Below are positions 30,410 to 40,415 of a DNA stretch of 64,000 bases, piece after piece (position 1 is the first letter of the stretch; every line of letters starts with the position of its first letter). Made by a program: the position numbers and the translations under genes. This DNA is from a virus. Taxonomy: Duplodnaviria; Heunggongvirae; Uroviricota; Caudoviricetes. The stretch is from IMG/VR virus record IMGVR_UViG_3300026382_000001. One strand, given 5' to 3'. The notes under the pieces were generated by a model, which did no database searches, had not been told where the DNA came from, and worked only from the letters and a program-made list of their open reading frames with translations.

Positions 30410-31318
30410 TTAAAGAGAGAAAGTATCAAACTCACCAACTTCTTCAATTTTTTCGCTGTACTCGAGATTAACCATTCCAATCGCTGAAATAGTTTTTACC
30501 CAAATATCATCACCGTTTTGATAAAATTCTATATAGAATTCGTCTGGTTTAGTAAATGCAAATGGATTAAAGATTTTAAAAACTTTAGTTTCAGTTCCTT
30601 CTGGAATTGTTACAAATTCTTGTTTAAAGATATCATCGGAAGTACTAATACTTACAATATTGAAAAAATTATCTAATTCAAATTTAAGATAATCTGATTC
30701 AACTGCTTTACTAGCATTTTGAATAGTTTCGACTAAATCAATTTCAAGTTCTCTTCTTAATTTTAATTCGCCCAGTTCTGGAGCTGTAATTTGAAGATTA
30801 TTTTGATTCTCTGCTTGTGGTAAGGTAATACTAGTACTTGGATTATCATTCACCAATGAAGTAATTAAATATCTAGAATTATTATTATCTTTAATAAACA
30901 TTACTTCATCACCACCTTTAATAAGGCCAAGTAATTTAGTATTTTTAACTGGATCAATAATATCTAAATCATGATTATCAAAAAAGATACTAAGATCAGC
31001 ATAAATATAACCAGCATTTTTTACTAAATTAAGATTACCTTCTCTAATATGAATAATATCTTGAGAAGTAGTTCCAGTACTTAGAAAAGAAAGAATTTTA
31101 ATAAGACCACCATAAAGAGCACTTTGAATTTTGCCAATTTGATAAACTTCGTTTGAACCTGGAGCACCTTGCTGTGTTGGAGCAACTGTTGTCTGAACTA
31201 CCGTTTCCGCTTTAAAATCGTTTAAAGAAGCTTGTGCAGGTTCTACTACTGTTCCAGCATCTCCTGGAGTAGGAGTTCCAGAAGATAATGCATTAATATC
31301 TAAATCTAAATTTTCCAT
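30410..31318 (-). CDS. Putative DNA sliding clamp (T4 gp45-like)
   Basis: Acidic; after a disordered N-terminus it shows a twice-repeated helix/strand pattern of clamp size; recognised by eye only. Confidence 0.35.
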   Translation of the reverse strand: MENLDLDINALSSGTPTPGDAGTVVEPAQASLNDFKAETVVQTTVAPTQQGAPGSNEVYQIGKIQSALYGGLIKILSFLSTGTTSQDIIHIREGNLNLVKNAGYIYADLSIFFDNHDLDIIDPVKNTKLLGLIKGGDEVMFIKDNNNSRYLITSLVNDNPSTSITLPQAENQNNLQITAPELGELKLRRELEIDLVETIQNASKAVESDYLKFELDNFFNIVSISTSDDIFKQEFVTIPEGTETKVFKIFNPFAFTKPDEFYIEFYQNGDDIWVKTISAIGMVNLEYSEKIEEVGEFDTFSL

Positions 31319-31674
31319 TATACTTCCTCCTCTAAACCTGGTAAAGGTGGATTCTTTTCTTTAGAATCTTCTTCTTTCATTCCATCGAGAACTTGTTCTT
31401 TATATTCATGGTATTTAGCAGATATTTCTGGAGTAAGATCTTTTTCTTCAAGTATTCCAAGAATATGTTTTTTAGAAATAATTTTTTCATCTTGAACGGT
31501 TCCAGTATAAATTGCTAAATAAGGCATCATTCCTAAACCACCTGACATTGGATCTAACATAAGACTCATTGGATACTCAATTGTAATTGTGTCGTCAGAT
31601 GTATTTGAAATCATTCCGATAATATTCTCTGAATTTACTAGTTGTAAAATTGCTAATGTTTTTAAATTTTGCAT
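31318..31674 (-). CDS. Sm-like-fold phage protein
   Basis: ILQLVNSENIIG...ITIEYPM...LGMMPY...ISKKHIL, a pattern seen in conserved T4-like phage small proteins. Confidence 0.5.
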   Translation of the reverse strand: MQNLKTLAILQLVNSENIIGMISNTSDDTITIEYPMSLMLDPMSGGLGMMPYLAIYTGTVQDEKIISKKHILGILEEKDLTPEISAKYHEYKEQVLDGMKEEDSKEKNPPLPGLEEEV

Positions 31675-31742
31675 GTGTTTCCTTTAAATTTATATATCTT
31701 AAAATATCTATATATCTTGGTATCGACCTAAAGTTATAAATA

Positions 31743-32108
31743 TTATGAATTAATTAAAATAGTATTTCCCTCGGCTTCTGAAAAACTGATAATTGGTAAT
31801 GAAATTCTTTTTCCTTTCATTTCCGGAAGATATTTATTTACGATTTCAGATGATTTAATACTATAAAATTCTATAAAAAAATCTACGAATGATTCATATT
31901 TACTTGAACCACCATGACTTTTAATAAACGTATTTAAATCATCTAATGTAATATTAGGATTAATTCTAATAAAATTCGGGGTGCTCATAATAACTAAATT
32001 ATTAATTTCCGAATCTGTATTTACTAATGGTCCCAAAGAGATTTTTTTAATTTCTTCTAAAAAACCATTTACCAATTTACGTTTTTGTTGTATCATTTGA
32101 TTTGCCAT
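31743..32108 (-). CDS. Hypothetical protein
   Basis: 121-aa ORF with AAGGA RBS. Confidence 0.7.
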   Translation of the reverse strand: MANQMIQQKRKLVNGFLEEIKKISLGPLVNTDSEINNLVIMSTPNFIRINPNITLDDLNTFIKSHGGSSKYESFVDFFIEFYSIKSSEIVNKYLPEMKGKRISLPIISFSEAEGNTILINS

Positions 32109-32130
32109 TTAATTTCCTTTTACTTATTTT

Positions 32131-32556
32131 CTACCACGAACTAAAAGTATCGTTTAGTGCCTCCGTTTGAGGAGAAGCTGCTGGAATACCAGTTGATACA
32201 GGTTGAGCGTTTTGAGCAGGTTGTTGCATCATCGAACCTTGAGAAGCTAGTGATTCTGCTTCCTGCAATTCTTCTCTAATTTCTTCTGGAGCTTTTACTT
32301 TAAAAAATGATCCATAAAGAGGATCATTTTTAAGATTTTTAATACTAAGAATTACAAACGCATTTCTTAATTCTGGAGAAATACTATCTATAATTTCTTT
32401 AGTTTCTCCATCCGCTTCTAAAGTATATCTAGTTCCAGAAAGAGATGGAACTATCGTATTGAATTTATCTTCTGGTTGTTCATAAGCGATTGTTTGTTGT
32501 GTTTGTTGAACCTGTTGAGGTCGTTGAGGTGGATTTTCATAACCTTGAGCTATCAT
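32131..32556 (-). CDS. Putative ParR-like adaptor (ribbon-helix-helix-like core, disordered tails)
   Basis: Directly downstream of ParM-like gene; RYTLEAD strand plus ETKEIIDSI and RNAFVILSIK helices. Confidence 0.35.
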   Translation of the reverse strand: MIAQGYENPPQRPQQVQQTQQTIAYEQPEDKFNTIVPSLSGTRYTLEADGETKEIIDSISPELRNAFVILSIKNLKNDPLYGSFFKVKAPEEIREELQEAESLASQGSMMQQPAQNAQPVSTGIPAASPQTEALNDTFSSW

Positions 32557-32594
32557 ATTTTTTCCTTATTTAATAATTATTAGAAGTTTTTGGA

Positions 32595-33647
32595 TTATGC
32601 CAGCATAAATCCTCTGATATTTGAGTAAAGTCTTTCTGGTTCTACAAAATCTACATTTGGTGGAAATGTCGTACCATATAATAAGTTAGCGCCACCACCA
32701 GCAAATATTACTTTTTCAGAAGTACTTAATAATTTTCTTTCACGTACCAAAATACTATTTTTTAGTTTTTTAAGAAAGTTATTTTTTAATTCAAAAATAA
32801 TGGCTTTTACTTTTTCTTGATCTACCCCATTATAAATAAATTTATTTTTTAGGAATATTTGTAAAGCTTCTGCATCCGAGAAGGACATACCATATTCATT
32901 TTCTAAGAAATCGGAAAATGATTTAATAATAGAACTTACTCCATGACCTGGAAAACTTCTAGAATTATTTCTTTGTGGAACACCATTATCAAAATAAAGA
33001 ACATTGATAGTATTATATCCAATATCAAGAAGCATTGCTGTATCTGGATGAGGAATCTGTTTAGTACTAATATAATCTATATACGCACCAGCACCCTGAG
33101 GAATAATTTTAATATTATTAAATTTAAATATTCTGCCATCTACTTCAAATTCAGATAAACGTTTGACGTATTCATCTTTATTTTTCCAATCAGCTAACGA
33201 TAAACCAACCCGAAGTTCAATATGAGTTTGATCTTCTTGATTAAAATTAATAGCTTTTAATTTAAAAAGAATACTAAAAAGAATAAGTGGATCATATTTA
33301 TGTTTAAAATTGTAATCAAGAGTACTAAATGATTCTTGAACATTTTCTCCTACTAAAAGATCTTCGTTTTCATAAATAAACGAAGAATTTGTACCATAAC
33401 TCAATCCTGTATCAATATTAAAATTAATTGCGGTTGGTTCGGTACTTAAATTTCCTAAAAAACTTATTTTACTAGAACTATAACCAAGATCAACCCCAAT
33501 TGGAGTAATTACCTTTGGATCAATACTCATAGCATAATCTTGATATTTATCATAGTTTATTTTTCTTGCTGGTTGAGCAGGACTTGTTTGTTTTTGTACC
33601 TTAACTGGTTCGCCAGTCATTGGTGCAGCAGATGCTTTTTTAGCCAT
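32595..33647 (-). CDS. parM: ParM/StbA-family actin-like ATPase
   Basis: IGVDLGYSSSK (phosphate 1), IIPQGAGA (connect 1), LLDIGYNTINV (phosphate 2), FAGGGA (adenosine). Confidence 0.88.
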   Translation of the reverse strand: MAKKASAAPMTGEPVKVQKQTSPAQPARKINYDKYQDYAMSIDPKVITPIGVDLGYSSSKISFLGNLSTEPTAINFNIDTGLSYGTNSSFIYENEDLLVGENVQESFSTLDYNFKHKYDPLILFSILFKLKAINFNQEDQTHIELRVGLSLADWKNKDEYVKRLSEFEVDGRIFKFNNIKIIPQGAGAYIDYISTKQIPHPDTAMLLDIGYNTINVLYFDNGVPQRNNSRSFPGHGVSSIIKSFSDFLENEYGMSFSDAEALQIFLKNKFIYNGVDQEKVKAIIFELKNNFLKKLKNSILVRERKLLSTSEKVIFAGGGANLLYGTTFPPNVDFVEPERLYSNIRGFMLA

Positions 33648-33796
33648 TTTGTCTCCTTTAAAATACTTTTAGATACTTATAATATCTAAAAGGTAATTGT
33701 GGTAAAATATATAATAAATTAATATATTTATTATTAGAATAAACTCCATTCATATAACCAATCGAAGTAATAGTGAACCATTTTATATCATTGTAT

Positions 33797-34447
33797 CTAT
33801 CTTTTATTGACATATGTTCTCCTTTTCAATCTCTTTGGAATTTTATTTAAATTCTTAAATATATCTATATCAACTATATGAAAGTTCTCACGATAAGAAT
33901 ATAAAAAAGATTGAAATTCACCGAATGTAAAATAATCATCATTCTTACTATATTCGTATACTAAATATAATATTTTTTTTAATTTTTCTATATGTTTAAT
34001 ATCATTCTGATATATAAAAGAAATTAATGGATAATTTTTATTCGAATCTAATATATCCAATTGTATATTTAAAAAATATTCTAATTTTGTAAGGTTAACA
34101 GTTTCTTCATTTAGATATAATGCTCTGTTAATAATATTTAAATATCGGATATATAATTTTTTTTCGAAGGAGTTTAATTCCTTTTCAGTTACGCCTTTTG
34201 TTGGTAAATCATGTTTATTTACTCCTTGATATGAATCAACGTAAATATCTAATAATTTTCTTTCTTCTTCGGAAATAACTTTAAATGTCATATAAACATA
34301 TAAATCTTTAGTAAATGTATATAAATCATTTTTTAAATTTTCTTTTTTATTCATTAATGAAGCATTAAATAACCATTTTTGAATAAAATTAATATTTAAA
34401 AATTTCAAACATATTACTATTTTTAAGAATTGATATCCTTGGTACAT
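33797..34447 (-). CDS. Hypothetical protein
   Basis: 216-aa ORF; start uncertain. Confidence 0.55.
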   Translation of the reverse strand: MYQGYQFLKIVICLKFLNINFIQKWLFNASLMNKKENLKNDLYTFTKDLYVYMTFKVISEEERKLLDIYVDSYQGVNKHDLPTKGVTEKELNSFEKKLYIRYLNIINRALYLNEETVNLTKLEYFLNIQLDILDSNKNYPLISFIYQNDIKHIEKLKKILYLVYEYSKNDDYFTFGEFQSFLYSYRENFHIVDIDIFKNLNKIPKRLKRRTYVNKR

Positions 34448-34611
34448 GATTTTCCTTTGATTTTAATATAAAATTCTTTTAATTTTTTAAAAGAGTATTT
34501 AAAAAATACTCCAACGTAACCTATTTCCATTATTTCCAATTCTTTTTTAGAAATTCCGCCACATTGATAGTCGTAGTCTTCTGGAGTATATTTTTTAATG
34601 TTTTCGATCAT
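34423..34611 (-). CDS. Small hypothetical protein
   Basis: Starts directly after the helicase stop; AAGGA RBS. Confidence 0.45.
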   Translation of the reverse strand: MIENIKKYTPEDYDYQCGGISKKELEIMEIGYVGVFFKYSFKKLKEFYIKIKGKSCTKDINS

Positions 34612-36366
34612 TTAAAATCCTTTATATTCAAATTCAGATTCATCAAACTCACTCGTAATATTATTTTTTAAAATCATATTTGCGTTTGGTTGATATTTTA
34701 AAAAGGTACTAGTAAAAAAGAACTGCACTAACGGAAATTGTTTATTTTCAGCTACCCTTACGATCCTACCAATACTTTGGAGAACAGTAACCTTTCCAAT
34801 AATAGGACTACCAAAAATAATATGGCTGAGATCTTCTTTATCAAACCCAGCGCTTAATAAACCATAATTAGATACAAGAACTTTACTAGACTTAATCTTT
34901 TGTTCGTAAATCTCTAACGCATGTTCTAAATTTTGAGCCTGCTCTTCTTTCACAGTTACCGAACGTTCTTTATATAATTCATTTGCTTCTTTTCTTTTGA
35001 TTTCTTTATCTTTTACTCGTTGATTTAATATTTCTTTATATGTTTTAAGTTCCGCTCTAAGTTCTCTGTTTTTAGTTTTAGCTAAATTCTGGGAATCTAT
35101 TTTAGAGTTTCCTATAAGTTTTAAAGGTTTTTCATCTTCTGGTAAATTCGCGTATTCTTCTTCAGTGAATTGATTTATATATCGTTCTATAAATTTATCA
35201 ATCATTTTAATAGTAGTAAAAAGAATAACTGACACATGCCCAAGACTTCGTTGATACTTAGTCCATTTAGCTAGATAATCAAAATAAAAATCTCTATTAT
35301 AAAGAAACATATTATAAAAAGTTAGAAATTTAATATAATCATTTTTTGCAGCCCATCCAAGAGTTTGTATCTCTTTCTTAGAAAATTCTAAAGGAGTATT
35401 TTCTTCTGAGTTTAAATTAAATATTTCTATTTTTGGGTGATAGTTTTTATGATCTGATTTAAAGATTACGTCACCAATACTATTTTGTAAGAGAAAATCT
35501 GATAGTCCTCTTCTATATGGAGTTGCGGTCAATCCTAAAACATTATTAGTTTTAAAAACGCTTGATACTTTCCCATATCCCTGTGCTCCAGAACCATGTG
35601 CCTCATCAAATATAAATAAATCAATATCCTCGTAAATTTTATATAATTCGTTATATGGAATTCTTTTTAATTGAGAAAGAATAGATTGAACTTTAGCTAT
35701 AATTACTTTAGAATTTTTAATACCATTTATAATTGTTTCTGGATCTGAACCTTCCAAACAATATATGTCTCCATCAGAAAGATCTGAAAATCCTAAGAAA
35801 GCATCCTTCCATTGTTTAACTAAAATATCTTTTGGTACAATAATAATAGGTTTCCGAAAATTTAATAAATGGATTAAATGAACCGCTAGAACGGTTTTAC
35901 CAAATCCAGGAGTAGCTTGAATAATACCATTAAATAATTCATTTTTATTATAACGAAGTTCTTCAAGTATTTCAAAAGCTGGTATTTGCTCATCCCGAGG
36001 AATTATTTTAGATTGATAAATTCTTGGTTTTTGATTAATAACTTCTTTATCGTAATCTTTAATTTCTTTTTGAAATTGTTTTAATTTAGGTTCTAAATCC
36101 AAATAAGCATTTAAATCTTTTAATTTTTCAATATTTCTAATCCAGAAGAATTTTGGTACCAGTACCCAATCAGGAACAATTACTTCAAATTCTTCAATCT
36201 TTTGCATATCTAAGTACTTGAGATTTTTATCATAACAGTTTACTAATAAATTAACTTCATCTGAATTAAAATTTTGAATACCTCTTGATATATCAGCTCT
36301 ATTTAAAATATCTAACCATACTTGATACGGAATAAAATTTTGATATGATATTTCGGTTTCTTCCAT
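34612..36366 (-). CDS. Superfamily 2 DNA helicase (UvsW-like)
   Basis: ATPGFGKT, DEAH, LTATPYR, AGFD, QSIGRIVR. Confidence 0.9.
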   Translation of the reverse strand: MEETEISYQNFIPYQVWLDILNRADISRGIQNFNSDEVNLLVNCYDKNLKYLDMQKIEEFEVIVPDWVLVPKFFWIRNIEKLKDLNAYLDLEPKLKQFQKEIKDYDKEVINQKPRIYQSKIIPRDEQIPAFEILEELRYNKNELFNGIIQATPGFGKTVLAVHLIHLLNFRKPIIIVPKDILVKQWKDAFLGFSDLSDGDIYCLEGSDPETIINGIKNSKVIIAKVQSILSQLKRIPYNELYKIYEDIDLFIFDEAHGSGAQGYGKVSSVFKTNNVLGLTATPYRRGLSDFLLQNSIGDVIFKSDHKNYHPKIEIFNLNSEENTPLEFSKKEIQTLGWAAKNDYIKFLTFYNMFLYNRDFYFDYLAKWTKYQRSLGHVSVILFTTIKMIDKFIERYINQFTEEEYANLPEDEKPLKLIGNSKIDSQNLAKTKNRELRAELKTYKEILNQRVKDKEIKRKEANELYKERSVTVKEEQAQNLEHALEIYEQKIKSSKVLVSNYGLLSAGFDKEDLSHIIFGSPIIGKVTVLQSIGRIVRVAENKQFPLVQFFFTSTFLKYQPNANMILKNNITSEFDESEFEYKGF

Positions 36367-36691
36367 ATCTTCTCCTTTATGTTTCTTTAGTGATATGTCT
36401 TATTATATCTATATAATCTTTATGTAGATACTTAGTTAACTATTCATAGTGTGTGGTATTGATAGTTAACTATCAATAGTTGTTCGTTTTTAAAATATCC
36501 TAGCTAACAGATTTTAAAATAAACTTAAAATCAAAAACCAAGTCCCCTATTTTCCAGTGTTATAAAGGATTGAAAATTTAACTATTTCTTAAATTTTAAG
36601 TTTTAAATTTTTTGTCTTTTTGAAATAACTGGCTATAGTATGTTAGTTGACACTATCCATAGTTAACTATTAATAAAAACTCGTAATAAAA

Positions 36692-36828
36692 TACTTTAAA
36701 ATAAGTTATTTTTTATATAGATATCTTATAAACAGTAAGGAGTTGAATCATCCGTTGGATGGTTTATTTTTTATAGCATAATCCTAATGCTGGATATACC
36801 CCTTTGAACAAGGGAAGAAGGATTCAAA
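36692..36828 (+). promoter_or_regulatory. Bipartite phage promoter plus structured leader, copy 1
   Basis: TACTTTAAAATAA-N11-TATAGATATCTTATAAACAG; about 110 bp closely similar to the copy starting at 53666. Confidence 0.65.
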
Positions 36829-37074
36829 ATGAAAGATTTAAATATTGAAATAGTAGCAATGAATGAAGATACAGGTGATTACGAAGTTCATGTTTGCTGT
36901 TTATGTGATACTGAGTTTGAAGTAGGAAAGCATTTTTTAACAGGTGAAGAGGTGATAATATCTCCATGTATGTGTTATAATTGTGAAGAAGGGTATACTG
37001 AAGATGAAACATATGATATTGTTGACAAAATCGACGTTGTTTGTGACGTTTATTATACTCGTTGTCGAATATGA
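36829..37074 (+). CDS. Small acidic Cys-rich protein (possible Zn finger)
   Basis: CCLC...CMCYNC; follows the conserved promoter/leader and RBS. Confidence 0.65.
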   Translation: MKDLNIEIVAMNEDTGDYEVHVCCLCDTEFEVGKHFLTGEEVIISPCMCYNCEEGYTEDETYDIVDKIDVVCDVYYTRCRI

Positions 37075-37199
37075 GTAAATAAATCAAATAGCTGAAGAGC
37101 TTTAATGCTTCGTCTAGCTGGACGTTAAACGAAGCGTTTTTGTTGCTCGAGAACGAGCTTATTATAAGTTAATAGACTTATTTCGAAAAGGAGATAAAA

Positions 37200-37553
37200 A
37201 TGAAAGTAAAATGGATAAACGATAGTGAAGTAGAAAAATCTTTGTATTTAACAACGGTTGTAATTAGCTCTAAAAGAGCTGGTCACTGTATGCAAGCTTT
37301 AGCAAGAATCCAAGAACTAGCTAAAGCTAGTGGGAGGATTATTGCTTTCACAAAACTATATGATGATGTTTACTTGGATCGTTTTGGGAAGTTTCCTAAA
37401 GGAATTTCTCCAAATAAAGGTTCTGGAAGATTTCATCAGTTTGTATTAAAGTCTAATTATACTTTGGAAGAGTTAAAGGTGATCCTAGATCCATTAAACT
37501 TTCCGGATTACAGTTACTATAGTGAGTTGTCTATAGTACCAATTAGTCTTTAA
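37200..37553 (+). CDS. Hypothetical protein
   Basis: AAGGAG RBS; followed by a UUCG terminator. Confidence 0.7.
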   Translation: MKVKWINDSEVEKSLYLTTVVISSKRAGHCMQALARIQELAKASGRIIAFTKLYDDVYLDRFGKFPKGISPNKGSGRFHQFVLKSNYTLEELKVILDPLNFPDYSYYSELSIVPISL

Positions 37554-37557
37554 TTCT

Positions 37558-37580
37558 GAAGCTCTTCGGAGCTTCTTTAT
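37558..37580 (+). terminator. Intrinsic terminator with cUUCGg loop
   Basis: GAAGCTC-TTCG-GAGCTTC-TTTAT. Confidence 0.8.
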
Positions 37581-37610
37581 TTATAAATTTAAATTTAAAA
37601 AGGATAAAAA

Positions 37611-38093
37611 ATGGAGAATCATTTTGGTAAAGAAGAAAAGTTAGTACTTGTTTTATTTTCTCTTCTTAGTGTTTTGGGTTTGGATATTTACGTTCATGAA
37701 ATTCCTAAAAATGTAATTATCTTTTTAAGCGTAATTACTATGTTTTCGTTATATGATTTAAGTAAATTAGATCATTTTAAAAAAATGGGTTTAATTGCAT
37801 TAAGTGCGAGTACTTCTTTAGGTTTTGCTATAGTATGGGTTATTGGAGAAATTATCAATAACGAAATACAGGATTATAAAAAACATAAAAAAGAATTAGA
37901 GTATAAAGAACATTTAGAATCTTTAGCTAAAATTCTTCCTTATAATGGATATATTTTTAGATTAACTTCTAATTATAACTTACGAAGTTATAAAAAAGAT
38001 AATCCAAAATACAAACAAGAATCCGATAAGGATTATAAAAATAGAATTAAATTAGCTAAAAAAGAAGCTAAAGAAATTTTTAAAATAAAGTAA
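37611..38093 (+). CDS. Membrane protein
   Basis: About three hydrophobic helices followed by a basic tail. Confidence 0.7.
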   Translation: MENHFGKEEKLVLVLFSLLSVLGLDIYVHEIPKNVIIFLSVITMFSLYDLSKLDHFKKMGLIALSASTSLGFAIVWVIGEIINNEIQDYKKHKKELEYKEHLESLAKILPYNGYIFRLTSNYNLRSYKKDNPKYKQESDKDYKNRIKLAKKEAKEIFKIK

Positions 38094-38109
38094 AATAACT
38101 ACGTTATTT

Positions 38110-38153
38110 TACTTTAAAATAACGTATTCTAAGTATAGATATCTTATAAACAG
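38110..38153 (+). promoter_or_regulatory. Bipartite phage promoter, copy 2
   Basis: TACTTTAAAATAA-N11-TATAGATATCTTATAAACAG with the same spacing as the other copies. Confidence 0.65.
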
Positions 38154-38246
38154 AGAGATATAATTAACATGCAATTGTTAAATATCTTTTATTAAATTTA
38201 TAGTTTTCTATGGATTTGGTAAGGGATATCTATATTATTTCTAAGG

Positions 38247-38324
38247 TGCTAGAAATAGCTTTTAGTATAACTCTAATACTGAGTTAATTAATACCTCCGA
38301 TAATGGAGAAGAAAGGTTATTATG
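38247..38324 (+). repeat. 78-bp leader/RBS repeat, copy A
   Basis: Near-identical to 38958..39035, ending at the start codon. Confidence 0.85.
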
Positions 38325-38789
38325 AAAAGAATTAACCATATTATAGAGAACTTTGTTCTCTGGTTGGTAGTTAGTGTTGTAATTATTCTCGGAATTGCTT
38401 TTACATTCCGTTCGTATGGAATGATCAATTATGATCTCTTTATGGATGTAGTAAATGCTAGTATGTTTTTACTAGCAATGACAGTAATTCCATTAGTAAG
38501 AATGGGATTGGAACTTTGGCCATACCGTCCAGAAGTTCTCAGAGTGTGGGCAGCTTTGGTTTCGATTATATTAATATGGGTAGCAATAGTGCATCCATAC
38601 CTAGTAATAGTAGTAATTGCTTTAACATTATCTGTAGTATTACAGTTAATGATTTTATCATCTCTGTTCCGTAGTACAACAATAAGACCATTAATTAAAT
38701 ACTTATTGTTAGTACTTTCCTTACTGTTTACACCGGTATATTTATCTTGGGCTATTTATGAAGCGTGGGTAACCCGTCCTTATAAATAA
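38322..38789 (+). CDS. Multi-pass membrane protein
   Basis: Four to five hydrophobic helices. Confidence 0.75.
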   Translation: MKRINHIIENFVLWLVVSVVIILGIAFTFRSYGMINYDLFMDVVNASMFLLAMTVIPLVRMGLELWPYRPEVLRVWAALVSIILIWVAIVHPYLVIVVIALTLSVVLQLMILSSLFRSTTIRPLIKYLLLVLSLLFTPVYLSWAIYEAWVTRPYK

Positions 38790-38942
38790 TCCCAGCGGTG
38801 GGAACCGCTATATAAATATCTACTACCTCGTAGCCTCCCGACGGGGAGGCCTTTAAACCTTAATAAAAGCTAACCTAAATGTTCGAGTCATCTAGATGAT
38901 GTGACTCTCAGATAAAAGAACGGTTAGCTTTTATTAGGGTTT
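38790..38942 (+). other. Structured non-coding region (possible ncRNA)
   Basis: GC-rich hairpins at 38794-38809 and 38833-38850; 21-bp stem 38855-38875/38922-38942 enclosing a GAGTCA/TGACTC stem. Confidence 0.4.
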
Positions 38943-38957
38943 TAGTTTAACCCAAGT

Positions 38958-39035
38958 TGCTAGAAATAGCGTTTAGTATAACTCTAATACTGAGTTAATT
39001 ATTACCTCCGATAATGGAGAAGAAAGGTTATTATG
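38958..39035 (+). repeat. 78-bp leader/RBS repeat, copy B
   Basis: Near-identical to 38247..38324. Confidence 0.85.
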
Positions 39036-39206
39036 GATATTTTAATTAATAGTGAAGAGGAAATAAAGGTTTGTAAAGCATTTATTGAACAATCTTTGGT
39101 TGCTGGATATTCAGTTAATATAGAATTTCTAGGTACTGATTCTAAAAAATTAGCAGATGCTTACGATTACTTAATTGACTTAGGTGATTGTATTCTCGGT
39201 TATTAA
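39033..39206 (+). CDS. Small hypothetical protein (57 aa)
   Basis: Own translation MDILINSEEEIKVCKAF...GDCILGY; same leader and RBS as the gene at 38322. Confidence 0.65.
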   Translation: MDILINSEEEIKVCKAFIEQSLVAGYSVNIEFLGTDSKKLADAYDYLIDLGDCILGY

Positions 39207-39289
39207 AATGGCAAGTTAGACTTCTCGTCCGTGATGACGTTAAACATCTTTTAAAAAATAAAAATAAAATACAATACAAAGGATAAGTT

Positions 39290-39586
39290 ATGAAAACTTT
39301 TCAAAAAATGTTAATGTTAGTAGGTATAGTAGTTGCTCTTATGAGCTTTAGTGGTTGTTCAAGTAAACAAGATATGGTTACACCAAGAGCATTTAACATG
39401 GGAGTTCAAGGAGAACAACATGCTACTAATTTTGGAGGTATACGTAAACTATGTACCGATGGAGTCATGTACATAGTTTCGTATAATGGCATGACGCCAG
39501 CAATCGATAGAAAAAATGGTCTGTTCATTTCATGTTCAGTTGACGAATATGGTCGAGTTATAGCACTCGGTACGTTTGGAAAATAA
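39290..39586 (+). CDS. Lipoprotein
   Basis: Signal peptide with lipobox FSGC. Confidence 0.75.
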   Translation: MKTFQKMLMLVGIVVALMSFSGCSSKQDMVTPRAFNMGVQGEQHATNFGGIRKLCTDGVMYIVSYNGMTPAIDRKNGLFISCSVDEYGRVIALGTFGK

Positions 39587-39607
39587 GAACTTCGGTTCTT
39601 ATTTTTT
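39581..39607 (+). terminator. Intrinsic terminator with cUUCGg loop
   Basis: AAATAAGAAC-TTCG-GTTCTTATTT-TTT. Confidence 0.75.
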
Positions 39608-39644
39608 GCGTAAAAAAATATTTAAATTTAAAAAAGGATAATAA

Positions 39645-40241
39645 ATGATTAAGTTAGATTACGTTGCTCAAAATATTTTAAACAATATTATGCCTCATAC
39701 AGCGGATGGAATAACAGAAGGAAAAGCCATAATTATTAATTTTGATTATAGCTTTTCAGAATGGTTTCAAAATGGAGAAATTTCCAAAAACAAACAAAAA
39801 CTTTTACAAAAATCTTTTCCTGATTTAGAAATAACAGATGAAAATGTTTCTAAAAAATTATTTCTAAATTTTCTTTTTATAGATCGTGGTAACTATTATT
39901 CATGTTTCTTTAACGAAGGAAAGTATAAACCACAAGATACAATAGAAGAAAGTATTTGGGAATTTACAACTAATCACGATAGTTGTTGGAGAACTAATGC
40001 ATTTGAAAAAGCTAATCAAATGATTAGTAAAGTGCGTGATAATATTTCAAAACTTTCAAAAATTCAAAAATTGGAACATATAGATATTCCAAAACACGTT
40101 ATTCCAAATTTTTCAAATGTCGAAAATTCTGAGTTATTTGAATTTTTAGAATCTGAAACTAGCGAAGGTTATGAAAAAAATAATCATCTTTTCAATAGAA
40201 CTAAAGAAGGATTTTTCTTTAAAACAATTTTTGGAGGATAG
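39645..40241 (+). CDS. Hypothetical protein
   Basis: 198-aa ORF with AAGGA RBS. Confidence 0.7.
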   Translation: MIKLDYVAQNILNNIMPHTADGITEGKAIIINFDYSFSEWFQNGEISKNKQKLLQKSFPDLEITDENVSKKLFLNFLFIDRGNYYSCFFNEGKYKPQDTIEESIWEFTTNHDSCWRTNAFEKANQMISKVRDNISKLSKIQKLEHIDIPKHVIPNFSNVENSELFEFLESETSEGYEKNNHLFNRTKEGFFFKTIFGG

Positions 40242-40242
40242 A

Positions 40243-40404
40243 ATGAAACGTTTAAAAAATAAAGTTAATAATTTTTTAGCTCTTAGAAAAGTTAAAAAGT
40301 TAGTAAAAGATTTAAATAAAAAAGGTGTATGTATTATGGAAATTAAGTACATACTAAAACATGGGTGTAGATACCCATGTAATATCAATAAAGAACTATT
40401 CTAA
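40243..40404 (+). CDS. Small basic hypothetical protein
   Basis: GGAGGA RBS before ATG at 40243; the ORF-track start at 40171 is probably too long. Confidence 0.55.
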   Translation: MKRLKNKVNNFLALRKVKKLVKDLNKKGVCIMEIKYILKHGCRYPCNINKELF

Positions 40405-40415
40405 AGGAGAATATT

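Noticed and set aside
37091-37140. Possible hammerhead ribozyme (CTGAAGA)
   Set aside because: No GAAA after the putative stem II and no consistent stems I and III.
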